A stretch of 64,000 nt of DNA from Laetmonice hystrix (lineage: Eukaryota). Below the pieces are notes generated by a model. That model had not been told where the DNA came from. It searched no databases and was given only the letters and a program-made list of their open reading frames with translations. Position numbers and translations under genes: made by a program. The stretch covers positions 4,340,001 through 4,404,000 of the forward strand of contig OZ249445.1 of NCBI GenBank assembly GCA_965235115.1. The letters are read 5' to 3'. The first letter of the stretch is position 1. The number at the start of each line of letters is the position of its first letter. Below are positions 36,701-51,700 of this stretch, one piece after another.

Positions 36701-39700
36701 CACCGCTTTATCTAGGTATGAAACCCTACGAATATTCAATTATTGGATAATTATGTCTATGTAGTGATTATATGGAAGGTCTGGTAGGCCTACATAATAT
36801 AACGAATAAATACGTTTTATGTGTACTTATACTGGCTAATATTTGGGATATTTGTCAGGGGCTATTGGAGACTCAAGATCCTCGGCTCGAATGTATGAGT
36901 GCAAAAAGACATTTTACTGAGAATCTCTGAAGGCTAGTTTGGAAAATAATACTGTATCGACGTATGTGCATACCTGTAATCCAACTCCCGCGGCTGGCAT
37001 TGTGGCATGGAATCGAACTATTATACTGGGGCCATTAACTTGGCTACATTCTGAACGGATCGAAAAAATATGGTTGGTTGTTTCAATTGTGTGGTTCGTT
37101 GTGCTTTGATAAGGTTACAAAGGATGACATATCTCACGGCAATGTCCAGGATGAAAGTCCTAATTACATGGCAACTCACCCCTTCGAGTTCCTTCTTGAA
37201 TTTCACGTTCTCATCCGCTAGATGGCGTATGCGTTGGTGCATGTTTGACGTCATGGATTCCCGCTTGGCGCTCTTTTTGAGAGTGGCCCTGATCCGTTTC
37301 TCGTCGCCCTTTGGATCACGTTTCAGCTCTATACACTGGAATGATATATGGACGACTAGTGTAGATATTACAGTAGCGCTTTATTCCCCTCATATTTATG
37401 TTAGTTATTTGAATTAACCAACTAGGAACCCCCTTTTGCCAGATATCCCCCCTGGCAACCCCGCCTTTCCCAAATCCTGGACCCGCCCCTGCTAGGGTAC
37501 ACCTTGATATCCTGTACACTGATCGCCGGTCTGCAGGTCGTGTGTTAAGGATTGAATAGGGAAATGCTCAACTATTATTTTTATGAATTTCTAAACTTGA
37601 GGTATAAACAGGAAGGCCTCCCTTTGCTTATGAATTGTTGGTGCCTAGTGTAACTCGTAGTATTACGTCCAAGGAGTTACTCGCAGCCTACCATTGGTTT
37701 GCCAGTGTGTCTAGGTTTTATTGTACAACACCTGCCCTCATTATCTCACAGAATTAAGATCAACAGAGGGAAGCCTGTCTAGTGCCGGAGTCTACAGTAG
37801 GTTTTATGCTAACATCTGCCAGCTAGAGGGGCGCATTAGAGTTTCGATTTTTTTTATTCGATGTGGGATGGTAAACCCAAGGAATCATGTGACTTAAGGA
37901 AGGTCTGGGACTTTACAATGTCAGAATAACGTGGATCTGTTAGGCCTGTATTACTTTAGCTGTCGTATAACCAGAGAACTATGGATAAAGGACTGCTTAG
38001 TATCTACCAGTTCTTATAATGTACAAGTAATGCCAGGATTCCCATGGGGAGCCAGAACTGTTTGACAACCAGACCCGCACAGCGCATGCGTCCTGAACAG
38101 CGCCCTCTATAGTTTTTAACACAAACCACAGCCTCCGCATGAGTACACACAAACGTTCCGCCTGTGATGAGGCTTCTAATCCGAATTATGTGCGCCCTGC
38201 TGTCTTCTACCACAATGAAAATCACTATTATTATTGCAAGACCCCAGTGCACAACCGACCCTTGTATTCAGGTTAATGCGATAATAGAATCTAAATGCAT
38301 CGTTTACTGAAAACAGCGGTTACTGTCGTTCGGAGGCAAAGCGCTCTAAATGTGCGTATTTAAACACATTAGCTAGGCCTAAATAGTTGAAGGAAGTAAC
38401 AGAATGGTGCAAACGAGTGAATTGAAGCGCTTATATTTTAGTAGTTTTCAAACGTGTAACATTCAAGAGATTTCATTTTCATGCAGTTATTTGATTAACT
38501 TGCCATCCATATAAAGTAAATGGTCGTTACTTAAGAGAATGACTGACACTTTAGTATCTGCTTCGAGTAACGTTATACTTCGTCAGGTGGAATCGTATGT
38601 CCCGTATTTCTTTCCGATATACATGTAAATCCATGGAGCATTTAGCCTAAAATAATGACATCTATTGACACATAGAACCTCGTGTCACGAATGACCGGTA
38701 AGATATAACCCCAAGAAGATCAAAAATGGATAGAGTCGAGTCCTCCCCACCCAAACCTATCCCTACCCTTAACCCTGTCCCTATAACCTCTTCCACCAAC
38801 CCCATTCCCCAGACCCCCCCCCCCTTAAACTTATCCCTACCCCCAACCCTGTCCCTATAACCTCTTCCACCAACCCCATTCCCCAGACCCCCCCCCCCCC
38901 CCTAAACTTATCCCTACCCATAACCCTGTCCCTATAACCTCTTCCACCAACCCCATTCCCCAGACCCCCCCCCCCCCTAAACTTATCCCTACCCATAACC
39001 CTGTCCCTATAACCTCTTCCACCAACCCCATTCCCCAGACCCCCCCCCCCCCTTAAACTTATCCCTACCCATAACCCTGTCCCTATAACCTCTTCCACCA
39101 ACCCCATTCCCCAGACCCCCCCCCCCTAAACTTATCCCTACCCATAACCCTGTCCCTATAACCTCTTCCATCAACCCCATTCCCCAAATTCACCCCCCCC
39201 CCCTTAAACTTATCCCTACCCATAACCCTGTCCCTATAACCTCTTCCACCAACCCCATTCCCCAGACCCCCCCCCCCCCTTAAACTTATCCCTACCCATA
39301 ACCCTGTCCCTATAACCTCTTCCACCAACCCCATTCCCCAGACCCCCCCCCCCCCCTAAACTTATCCCTACCCATAACCCTGTCCCTATAACCTCTTCCA
39401 CCAACCCCATTCCCCAGACTCCCCCCCCCTTAAACTTATCCCTACCCCTAACCCTGTCCCTATAACCTCTTCCACCAACCCCATCCCCCCCTCCTTAAAC
39501 GTATCCCTACCCCTAACCCTGTCCCTATAACCTCTTCCACCAACCCCATTCCCCAGACCCCCCCCCCTTAAACGTATCCCTACCCCTAACCCTGTCCCTA
39601 AAACCTCTTCCACCAACCCCATTCCCCAGACTCCCCCCCTTAAACTTATCCCTACCCATAACCCTGTCCCTATAACCTCTTCCACCAACCCCATTCCCCA

Positions 39701-42700
39701 GACCCCCCCCCCCCCCTTAAACTTATCCCTACCCATAACCCTGTCCCTATATAATATCTACCCTCGATTTGGAGGGAATGTTACAATGGGGGAAGAAACC
39801 CGTTTATATGAGAGCAATAGATTAATGCCGGATTGGCGGTCCTACCTTGGGAACGAAGACGAGGGTTAGGGTGATGGTGGTACAGAAGATGATGAAGAGA
39901 CCAATGATGAGGTAGGCAGCGTCCTGCCGGTCCTTGATGATGAACGAGATAGGCACGCCGGACACACACATGATCACCACGTTGTACACCGACATGCCGA
40001 TATACTTGGAGTCGTTCAGGGCCGGGATGCTCACCTGGCGGGTTTCCCACGCCAGGAAACAGCCGAATATCTGTTAAACAAACACGGCATTGTGGTGGAG
40101 ATGGTGGAAAGCTAGGGAGGCTATGGTTCGGTTAGATCTTGGTTAAGGGCAGACAACCCACCACGGTGATTGTCTTCACGACGTCGATGTGATTGTGACG
40201 TCATTGTTTCATGTCATTGTAATCTAGAGTTTAAAGGATGATACCAATCTCACTATCCAAGACCAAACGCAAAGGAAATATTTCAGCGTAAAAATCGTTA
40301 AATTCAAAATTGCACAGGAAGAATTTAATATTTTATTGTTGGGTCGGGATGTTTACTGGTGTTTAACGCCTCAGAAACAGTATTTCGGTGCCCGTGGCTC
40401 TGAGATACGATACGGTGTACGGGGAAGACGTGTTCACACGAGGGTGGCTGTTTTGGGTCGCTTAACGGACGGAAGAAATGGATCGCGCCCAGAGCTACAA
40501 TTACGTCACTGATTGCCTTATACTTCTTTTGTTTGGGAGTGGCAGTGTGTGGTTGTAAGGTCGAGGAACTATTAGCCACAACTAATGAGGATTTCACACG
40601 CGGAAACTTTTATCGGACACCAGGTTTCATGGCCTGACTCATCAATTTCCATGCCAGAGGGCATCCGGCAAAGGTTAAAGCATCGACAAAATCAGGAGAG
40701 GCGGTCTTTAATTAAGTTTGGACCCTTGATTCTCCATGGACTATTGGGGAGGACGGGGAAGGGGGGGGGGGACTCGGCACAGTGACTTTGAAAAAAGAAG
40801 AAGATGGTGTTACATGGCAACAGAGAAAGGTTCAGAGGAGGGAGACGTGGATGAGGGAACTTCAAGTTACTGGACTACTGGACGAGGAGCAAATTCTGCG
40901 ATTTCCAGGACAGTAATCCAGTATGGGTACATGATCGTCTTGGAGCGAGCATGTAAAGCTCAATAAGTAAATCGTAAGAAATATAGGGATGTGATGGACT
41001 TCCTAACGAGGAGCAAATTCTGCGATTTCCAGGAACAATAATCCAGTATGGGTACATGATCGTCTTAGAGCGAGCATGTAAAGCTCAATAAGTAAATCGT
41101 AAGAAATCTAGGGATGTGAAATCTTATAATTCGGCCCTCATGTTTCAATCGATTCCTTGGTGTGCGTTTCCCCGGCTATGTTCTCCCATGCCTGCAGGTG
41201 AAAGACCGGAGAGAGAGAGAGAAAAACATCGAACAAAAAACGAAACAACCCCCCCCCCCCCCCCATAGACGTCCGCCTCGGCATACGCTATGGTTCTCTC
41301 GATTATCATCGATAACGCCAAACGGACTGAGATAGATTATCAATCGGAGCCAACCATAGGGTGATCATACACCTGAGTGCTAACATTCTCGGATTGGAAA
41401 GCGGCATGACATGAGACAGATGGAAATGGATGGAATATATAACGAGACAGGAGGTCTAAGGAAGAGGGTGGAGCCCATGTAGCCAGGGGCCTGCACAGAT
41501 GGATGGTAATCATTACGACCCGTCGGTATGTGAGGTATCTGTATAGATCTAGCCTGGCCAAATATCATCCTCCGTGTCCGAACCAAAGGGGTATGTTCTT
41601 AATGCGTTTAAAACATCAAATCTCAGAGTCAATAAAACCCAGAGATTATCTTACCATCACCCTATACTTTGAAGTTCAATGTTGTAAGAATAGCTGGCGA
41701 TTGCGAACCCTCTCATCCCAAATCCTGTCTGTAGAGTTGAAACGATTTAGCGATAAATCGGTGTCGCGATATTTTGTGTCCGCTATACGATACAGCGATA
41801 CGACTGTGATCAGAGACGATTTGTGTTCGTACAATCCCAAACCATCCGGGTCGTAGTATCAGAGTACGAGCCTGCGCAGTGTGCTCAAGTCGGAGAACTG
41901 CCGTGACGTCACGGGTAAGAATATCGAATCCCCCCACCGCTGGATCACTCCCACAGTGACACCATGGCGTTAAAAAAGTCCTTTCACCGGACTATTCGGC
42001 AGCTTGCTGACTTGTGCCGCGACGAGCACTCACTGCGTTCGCTTATGGTCGATGTCCTGATAGTAAAGTGTTTCCTCATGGTTCCTTCACGTAAATTATC
42101 CCTTAGAAGGCCTTTAGAAGGGAGTTAGCTTTACATAACTTGGGCATAAGGGTCAAATTGTAAAAAGTGGGCCGGTCGGGTATGAAATAGGATCCATAGT
42201 CGCAGCCTTGAATGTAAAACACTATATCTACATACGTAGAAAAACGTCACTGTGCTTTATCTTGCTTGGCTGCGCGGAAGGATGAGTTGATCGTTACGGG
42301 GTGATTTAACCATGCAGAGTTGCAATAATTAAGTGTCCGTATGCAATTTCTTCTAACTTTCCCGAAAGTAGTAGTTACTTACCAACAAGAGGCCCTTGTA
42401 GGCGTATATGACACCTAGCCATATACTCATATAGTCTGAGATACAGAACTCGATGACTGGGATGATCTCCAAGTCGCCACCCGATGGGTCGATCTGACAA
42501 AACATAAACCGTTTTACATAATCACTGACACAAGTAATCGAAAGAGGTCGTACACCATTCCTATATGTGTACAGCCAGTGGTATACAACACACCCAGGCG
42601 ATTGTCCTTGCAAAGTCCATGCCATTGTGATCTTAGGTTTAAAGGAAGGATCTCTTTTCTAGAATCAGGGACGGAATGGCATGAAATAATACAGAGTGGA

Positions 42701-45700
42701 TAAATACCAGCATGAATGACAATCGCCTTGTTGGGCCTGGCCACCAGCTACCGGGTCTCATTCGTTATACTCGCGGATGACGAACTTCTTCCGCAAGAAT
42801 GGCCTTTCATGAGTTATTCGGTATCTATAGATAGATCTATTTCACGTGAAAGCCTCCGCCGGGCAGAGAGATAGGTCCAAGGTCATACGTCGTCTATATT
42901 CTACACCCTGCGGCCTTCCAACTATACATAAGATACAGCTTCTCCTCCTGCTGACCAAACATGATTCATGCAATTTTGTCTCCGTCGGATTCTGTCGGAA
43001 AGCATTTGTGGTTCGGCGAAGCGTTTTGATCAAGTTGAACGACCTCGGCTATCGACCAAATTCTCTGAGCGAAATCCCCGACAGAGAGAAAATGAGACTT
43101 GAAGATTGTGGCCGGTGGACAGCACTCTTTGCTAAGGATTTCGCTAAGGACCGTTCGCCATTTGGCAAAATGAACATGGTGAGTTTTTCAATGGTAATGA
43201 AAATGGCTGTTGGCGAAGTTAGCCCGGCAATCTTAGAGTGTCTCAGTTTTTAGATCCACTCTGGGGAGAGGGCAATTCGGAACTTGAAAATTAACTGCAC
43301 TTTTCGCGCATGACTTAATATTGTTTGCCAAGAGAGTTACAACAATAGTACACTTTCTTGACGTATTTTGGCGTCGAGCTCAGGAAGATATAGACAGGGA
43401 AAACTTGTAGGACAGCGGGAGCACTGATTGTACAAATGATCTAACAGAGTTCGTCAGGACAAAGGTATCAGCGAGGCGGGACTCATGGCAGATGGGTTCC
43501 TCGAATCAACTTTAGGGTCCTGGATCCATTTGGGCGCACTGCAGAGCAGGAGACTTTTTCCGAAGTTTGATTTCCTCGTTAATCTACTTCTCGGTTAGGG
43601 ACAGGGTTCTGCATGTGAATACCTGCATCTGCCAGGAGGGTGGTTGGGCGTTGTATAATGGGCCCAGTGGCTAAACAATGACTTTTAATGTACCTTCGGG
43701 ATATTGAGAACACTCATAAAAAAGTAATGAAAAGGTCATGGAATTTTAGATTTCTCTTGAACCACATTTTTGTTTCTGTTAGGCCTAAATTGTAAAGTTC
43801 CACACCGTACTAGGGGAAAATTCTGGGATTTAAGTGTATTTGGTTAATTTTATTCAGAATTGATCATGAAATTTGGGAGTTTTGGTCTGGAAAAGTCATG
43901 AAATTTCAATACACAATGTATAGCCAAACTGTGGGAACTATTGTATCTGTACCGGGATGTGGGGCCCGATTGCAGAGAAGGAGGATGGCAACAACCTAAA
44001 GTAGGCGCTACGTATGTCTGTTGTGGCGGGATTTTCCAATTGGCAGGATTTTTGCCATATTTTAGCCGCATGCGCACAGACCTTGCGATAGACCCGGGTG
44101 GTTTGCACATCACTCCACTCTATCAAATAATAATAATGTGTACGCCTTGGCAATGTCTTTTTTCTGGTAGCTTCGTCAGTAATCGCTAGAGGGCTAATCA
44201 GAGCTAATTTCGTGCCTGGTGAGCCTCACGCAGCCTTCAAGAAGTCGGTCATGGGTGGCCGTCAATGGCAGCTGCGTTTGTCAGTTAGATGGCTTGATGA
44301 CAAAGGCAGACGGCATGCAGTCCAGAACGAGGCCAGGGAACGAAAACGAGGCTGCTGCTGCTTACCTCGACCGGCAGCTCCTTGGTTTCCCTCCTGACGG
44401 GGTCGATCCCATGCCAGGTCCCCAAAATGATGACATCAACACACAATAGCACAGCTACGAGTAAGAAGAGTTTGTAGTCCCGGATGACCTGGAGACATGT
44501 AGGACGAAGTACAGACCTTTGATATTCTTACTTTTATTCTTAGATTACCGTGACTCGTGATTTAAACCATTATTTACAGCTTCGTAATTAAGTCTCTACG
44601 TCCACATTAGGGCCAGTTTACACAACTGTGAAGTTAATTAATTATAATATACCATGAGAACTATGACAGGAATAATTTGTTTAACCCCTTAAAATGGCAT
44701 TTATTGGATAATAGTTATCGCTCGAAGGCAAAAATAATAATTATGGGAAAAATTACAATATAATAGTTTTAATAATCCACGAGAAATATAACGTTTACAT
44801 GGACAATGCAAAATCACTGGTGCAGTGAGGTTATTTTTGATTTTTGAAAGACCTGTAGCAGAGCCAGGGAACACTCATGACGTGTTTACCTTTCTATTGA
44901 GTTTAAGATTAGTGAAGATCGCGTGGACCCGCCACGTCTTGCTGAACATAGCTCCAAATGATAGCGTGAACCCCACGGATAAAATCCAGGACCGGGTCTG
45001 AAAATGAGGGAAACAGATTGATAATCAGACATTCGGCTTCAATCCTTGAACCCTGACATTCAGACACCCACTGTGGGATAACTGGATCACGGTGACTCAG
45101 ATAATGTGTGGTTAGGCCTTACCACTTGGATCCCTGTGCACCCAACGGTAACACACGTTTCATAAACTTCATGAAACACTAAACTTTAATTACTCTCTCT
45201 TACTGCATTAATGTGTCGTATTTATTACGAAGATAAATTTGTACAAGAGTCAGGTCCATTTTGGGTGATGCATAATAATGAGGAGTTGATGAATGGTCTT
45301 CAGCTGCGGCTAGAGCGAGTCATGTCTGACTTAGCGCTCTTGTGAACCACTATATTAATATGCTTCCTTGTAAGTGTCCGTCTTAGCTTAACATAAACCA
45401 ACCAATCAAGGCTCATGAATAATCCATCGCGAGTTCTTGCAGCCGGTTTGCTGAAGTTTGGTTAATGAGAAGTAAAATATAAATTTGGAGGATTATGCCT
45501 AAGTTTAAAGGAGAGCAGGATATAAAATAATTACACGCTTTTTAGGGTACTTTGAAGCTTGTTCTGAGACTAGTAAACGCTCAGTGTAGTAGGCGGACGT
45601 CTCCTATTGATGAAGAGGAGCATGGAATCGGTCTTATCGACTGGCGCTAGCATGGAGGCCGAGTTAAGACGGGGTGGGTGGCCGGGCACGATGTGAGTCC

Positions 45701-48700
45701 CTCGGCTCATCCCACCCCCATGATTACAATGATCGTCACACAGCCTCGACAGGCCCGCTTCACCCAGACACAGCGCCCGCGGTTATTAAAGGACGAACTT
45801 TCAAAGTCCTGACGGTTACATCAGGTTGGAGTGGTAAGACGGTCTAGATTGATATAATGGCTGCCTCGCATCGACAACTAAACCAACCACTAAAGACAGC
45901 CAATCAGAGACAACCGACAACTAAAGACAGCCAATCAGAGACAACCGACAACTAACCGCAGCCAATCAGAGACAACCGACAACTAACGGCAGCCAATCAG
46001 AGACAACCGACAACTAAAGACAGCCAATCAGAGACAACCGACAACTAACGGCAGCCAATCAGAGACAATCGACAACTAAATGCAGCCAATCAGAGACAAC
46101 CGACAACTAACGGCAGCCAAACAGAGACAACCGACAACTAACGGCAGCCAATCAGAGACAATCGACAACTAAATACAGCCAATCAGAGACAACCGACAAC
46201 TAACGGCAGCCAATCAGAGACAATCGACAACTAACGGCAGCCAAACAGAGACAACCGACAACTAACGGCAGCCAATCAGAGACAATCGACAACTAAATAC
46301 AGCCAATCCGAGACAACCGACAACTAACGGCAGCCAAACAGAGACAACCGACAACTAACGGCAGCCAAACAGAGACAACCGACAACTAACGGCAGCCAAT
46401 CAGAGACAACCAACAACTAAAGACGGCCAATAGGAGACAATCGATCCGACACGCATGCGCCGATGTGAAACCGCGTTTGAACGGACAATTGTGACAGAAA
46501 GTAGCAATCTCTCTTGACGGCACGAATGGACTACGGAGTTGGAGTGTGAATCGCTTTTATAAATATAGTGCAAAGTATCAGAGCGGCATTGCCACGTGGG
46601 GATGGTGGCGTAAAGCGGCGCTCCAAGGAGCGATCGATGTTAATGTAATAATGAAGTCGGACGGAGCGTCAGGTGGGGATTAATGTGTCGACACGAGCGC
46701 CGCCTAGCGTGCACGTCGTTCACTATTGACGGAGTGTTCTATGAAGGTTTCTATGGGGCGTCAACACTACTGTCAGCTTATATTACCCCCTGTTAACCAT
46801 ATCAACACCTTCTCTGACCGTCAATACTCAAACGGCCTTGGCGCAAATCACATCCATCGAAAGATTTCGTACTCGTGTAAAACTCATTCATCCTGGTGCC
46901 ATCTATAAATCCAATACCCCCAACTAACGCCAACACCGGCGCCTGGTTTCATAACAGTGACGTGTTGGTATTATTAACGTCATATTTGAGGTCCCCAGAA
47001 TAATGGCACCCTCAGGTATGGTTCAACGCGCACGTATATAGGATCCAATTACCCGTTCCTTTCCCAAGGTCAAGCAAGGTCAAGTCACCACAACGATTCA
47101 CGGTGAAGTGTAGGTGTTTATGTAGTCCTATGTTTGTCCGTTTGTCACTAACTAAGATTAACCGGAACTCTAGGCGTTCCTCTCCCCTCCACCCTTACTG
47201 GCGGTAGGCAAGGCGACCAGTGAGGTGGACGGTCTCCCTGTTGCCGCGAGCCAGCGGCCCACGTGTAGGACTTCCCAGGGTCTAATCCAAGAATCCCCCC
47301 TCCCCCATATAACGGTCAATGTATGGCGGGAAAAGTGAAAACCCACCTCATCGATCAACATCTCGCGACAAGACATCCAATACCCTCACAAGGTTACCAG
47401 CGTTTAGCAGTTTCGTTTCGATTTCTTCCCCGATGGCCGGAGCATCGACCACACCGAATGCTTCACATGAATTGAACTAACGCGATTTTTTAAAGAAGAA
47501 ATATCTAGTTTCACTCAGCCGAATGGTATGCCGTGTCTCACACAGAATTCACTGACACAGGAGGGCGTGGAATAAACGTCAAGGTTGGAAGGGATCGCAT
47601 CTATGTCCTGATATAAAATGGTTGCCGTTAGCACGGATAGAAGCCCTGCTACAAGTGGGACTTGACTCGCCCACCGAACATCCCGACTTATTGGCCACTG
47701 CGCACTGTTTGCTCAGACATCCGCCTCCCCACCGCCTTCCGCGGAGGGATATAATCAATAGTCACTTTGCGTGAAGAGTCCTTTAACGCCCCAGAAATTC
47801 TTTACGTCCACAAATGAAATACCGATGAAATAGTCTCACGACATGGTTTTCTGTTCTAAATAGAACCTTGCTCTACTTTTTCTACTTGTAGCTTAGGTTA
47901 TATCGGCTGGATTTCGCATCAGCAGTGCTATAGATGCCTGGAGAGTATTGCAATAAAAGCGTTACCCAACCGTCCCTACCTCCCTCACTGACTTAGTGAT
48001 CTCACTCACTCATTCACTTATTCACTCACTCAATCAATCACTCACTCATTTTGTCCCACTATTTCTGTGATGAGATCTTACCGTGCATAATAGTGGGAAG
48101 TAGGAAGGCGAAACAAGGCCACCATCTGTGCCCATAAGGAAGACAGCGATATAGGCAAGGATGCAGCCAACAATGATCAGATTGTTCATGTTCGGACTGG
48201 ACATCTTGATATATCTGCAAAGGAATGAATTATCACAATGTCAATGGAATGTCAGGAAAACTATTTCTGCCATCTAAATTTACACAGAGCGAGTATAAAA
48301 GTTTTCAGGTTTTGATTTGGAATGATTGTTTGCATGAGACGGAAGCATTTATTCTAAGCTGCCAACGCTGTCTGTGAATGATGTTCTGTAAGTCGGTTCT
48401 GGTACAGTCCACTCCCTCTTGGCAGAAAGATAATCCAGATCGCACATATTCTCGGCTTGGACGTGAATTCCACTGTCCAAGAGAGGTCACCCCTGGACGC
48501 CACTTACAGTGATGGCCGAATCGTGTCCCATCCACCATTAGGAGTTGTTGAGCCACACCGAGCGACTGGCAATGATGTCTCATGAACTTAAAATGATACT
48601 ACTGCTCTGACTACACAGGAAGGAGCTCCACCTATTACAGAAACTCCGCCCAGAGAGGAACGCTTTAAGCATCGCTTATCTTGCAATTACTCGGCAGACG

Positions 48701-51700
48701 ATACGAACGTTATAGGCGTTATTTTACGTTTCGTAAACTCCTGCTTGAGGGAAATTCGCTTTCACGTCCTGCTTGAGGTGAATTCGCTTTCACGAAGGTG
48801 AAGGTTTTGAAAAAATTATCATCAAAAAGGCGTTAGAAAGGCCAACAAAAGTATTAATTTAACCTTTGACTACTCACCTATGATTTCTAAATTTAATGTT
48901 GACGGCGAGAAATGTGAACCCTATGATGATTCCTAGGCTGGAGATGATGCAGAAGATGACATACATGGTGAGATTTACTCTCTGTAGGTGGCGCACTTGT
49001 CGCGTCCGGTCTCGTGGAGGGCCCTTTCCTGGAAGGTGGGAGAAAAGTTAGCGCCATTTTTTGACCATCATGAAATAACGTGGACCTACAGCCTGGCAAG
49101 CACACTGGCTATCTCCGACAAGAACTATGGGATTGGACACCCATCATGCAGTCGAGGTGTGATTAGGCCTACACGTGTGGTTTGTGAAGCGGTTACGCCT
49201 TAAACGTGGTGCCCTTGAGGAACGTCAAAAATATGACTATAAAAGTGGATGGCAGTCCAAGATATTGTATGATTTTGATTGACGGGTGGGCCGTGAGGGA
49301 ACTGGTACACTTTGAGAGGCTGGTGCCCGTCAAGTAGCAGACGCCGTCGTTACCCCGTCCTCCCACCAACCACCCGACCACCCAGCCCGGCCCTCGTTTG
49401 ATGCCCATTACGGACATCCTAACGACCAACACACACTGTTAATACACCATTGTCTCCTCACCAAGGACACTGGAATGTCATTGACGTTTGAAATATTCCA
49501 ACACAGATGTTTGATTACCACCTAGACGCAATTAATTTGAAGTTCCCTCAAGTGGGAAGGGACTCGTAATATACTGCTATTATGTGTCCTCTGCAAGCGG
49601 CAACTATGAAATGAAATCAATGAAAGCCTCGTCAAGCAGGCTTGGTGACAATTAGCTGGTCTTATTTGTTTGATTAGATGCCTGTAAGGCGCGCGGAGAT
49701 TGGTCTAATCGTGACTGGGCAGTGACAGGCTGTGGCCACTGCAGGCAGCAGCAGAGAATCGGTGCTAATTGACGACAGCGTTTCCTGGGGTTGTCCAGAA
49801 TACCGCGGGATATAACTCAATTGAATGGCAGAAAGACAGGTGTTGTGGCGTAGATAAAACGTACTACTCAACATTAAACCGGTATATCTTAAATAAGTCC
49901 AAGATTACAACCAAACGAGGACAGCGGGGATTATTACATCCCCACGTGGCCATTGCCACATTATGTCTCCATATAATACGCTTGTAAAGAGTCATAAGAG
50001 GAAAGCATGTGTAAAACTTTGATGTCCACAATTTTGGTACTAAGATTCTGTGCAGGACGTGTCAGTGGAAAAATTATAGTAATTGCCGTAGTTTTGTAGT
50101 AAGTGGGACAGGCGACTACCACAAAATGACGGTAGTCTACGGGCAATCGCTTTGTTTTGTCGCCCAGCGGATCTGGGCCTTTCGACCCACGTGGTGTATT
50201 AATTCTGCGTATAATTGAAAATCTATGGCATCACCGAGAGGGTAGGTTTTCATGCAGCATATAGGAGGCTAGGCGCTCTATTGTCGATGTGGTTCGGAAG
50301 ATAAGGACGCGGACGAACTAGACCGTTTATAATGTGCCACATGGGGTGTTGAATAATAGCGTCACCATAGAAACAATTTCAGCGTTTCAGTTCTATCGGG
50401 ATGGAATTGAAAACGCGGCGTAACCCAAACCAAAAACTTATTGATAACTGACACAAATCGGTGAGGCGGTAAGTTCCGAGTCCGATATTAAAATGATTAC
50501 ATGATTAATCTGTATTATCCAAGAAACTTGTGTCGCATTCCGCAACCCGTATCATATAAAGGCGGGACTTGTGAGAGGGGAAGCTACCTAATTTTTCGCA
50601 AACTCCACTGGAAACCAGCCAACAATAGCTTTTTGGGGTAACATTCACACGTCTTTTCAGGCGAAGGCAACAGTCAATATTTGTGTTCGGAAATTAAAAT
50701 TAAGCGCCTCAAATAGTAACCCGCGGTGTTGGGAAAGACACACAACTTCTTGACGTGGTCGTGTGAAGTAGGACCCTACGACAAACACGTCAGGGATAAA
50801 ATCGATCTTTGAACACATCGACTGTAAAGACGGTGTTTGTCGCCACGTTTGGACAGTGGCCTGCTGCGTGGGATGGGCTGGGAGGGGGGGGGGGGGCTCT
50901 GGTTTTACAACTGTTGCCAGTAGTAACCCGTTTAAACATTTAATCGGAGCCTGCTCAACATGATGCTTCGAACATACTTCACATCTGGAGTACGTTGAGA
51001 TTTCCTTGGTTTCACCAGGTTTTATAATAACCAAGGTAACCAGCCTAGAAGATGATGTTTTCTCTGTTCAGATTACAAAAGTTTGGGTCGCCTTCATACT
51101 CAACGAACATTTTCATCTTTATCTGATTTGCGCCGTAATATTTCGCTATTAATTAGAATATTCCGGAAAGAGCTTTCAGGTTGCTATGGGAACCTGGGAT
51201 GATGTTCAGGAAGGTTAAACGCTTACGGTACATTGGTAGAGAAATCAATGACCAAATCACGCAACCAGACATTGAATCAGAGATTTTGTGATGGGGGAAG
51301 GCCCCCCCCCCCCCCCTGAATGGTGGCCTGAAAAGTTTGCCTGCGTCCCTCACGTGTAGATATGATTATAATCACCCTCCCGACCGTGTTCTCCTTGCTC
51401 CATGGTGACGGCACGACCACGCCGCATGCGTGACACGTCCAATCACGAACCCCAGAGATGATCGCGCGCATTCTCTCGTCACGCGAGAGTGTTGGTGAGC
51501 GAGATGTCGGGTTTTGTAAGCTGCTGTCTGAGTGACGATAGGGAGGTCTGGGGAGGGACACTCCACCAACAGCTCATCGATCGGCCTGTCTCTGTCCACG
51601 TTGTCAACATGCACAACTGGCCGACAGTCGGTCCTGTCTGGGCCACACCTCCAGATATACGACATAAGTCCTGGTCGTAGGGTCAACCCCGCCATAATGT

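Noticed and set aside
38781-39736. Gly-rich ORFs ([11 protein letters not shown]...) and telomere-like CCTAACCCT
   Set aside because: These are translations of the 75-bp minisatellite. Only isolated TAACCC hexamers occur, not a telomeric tract.
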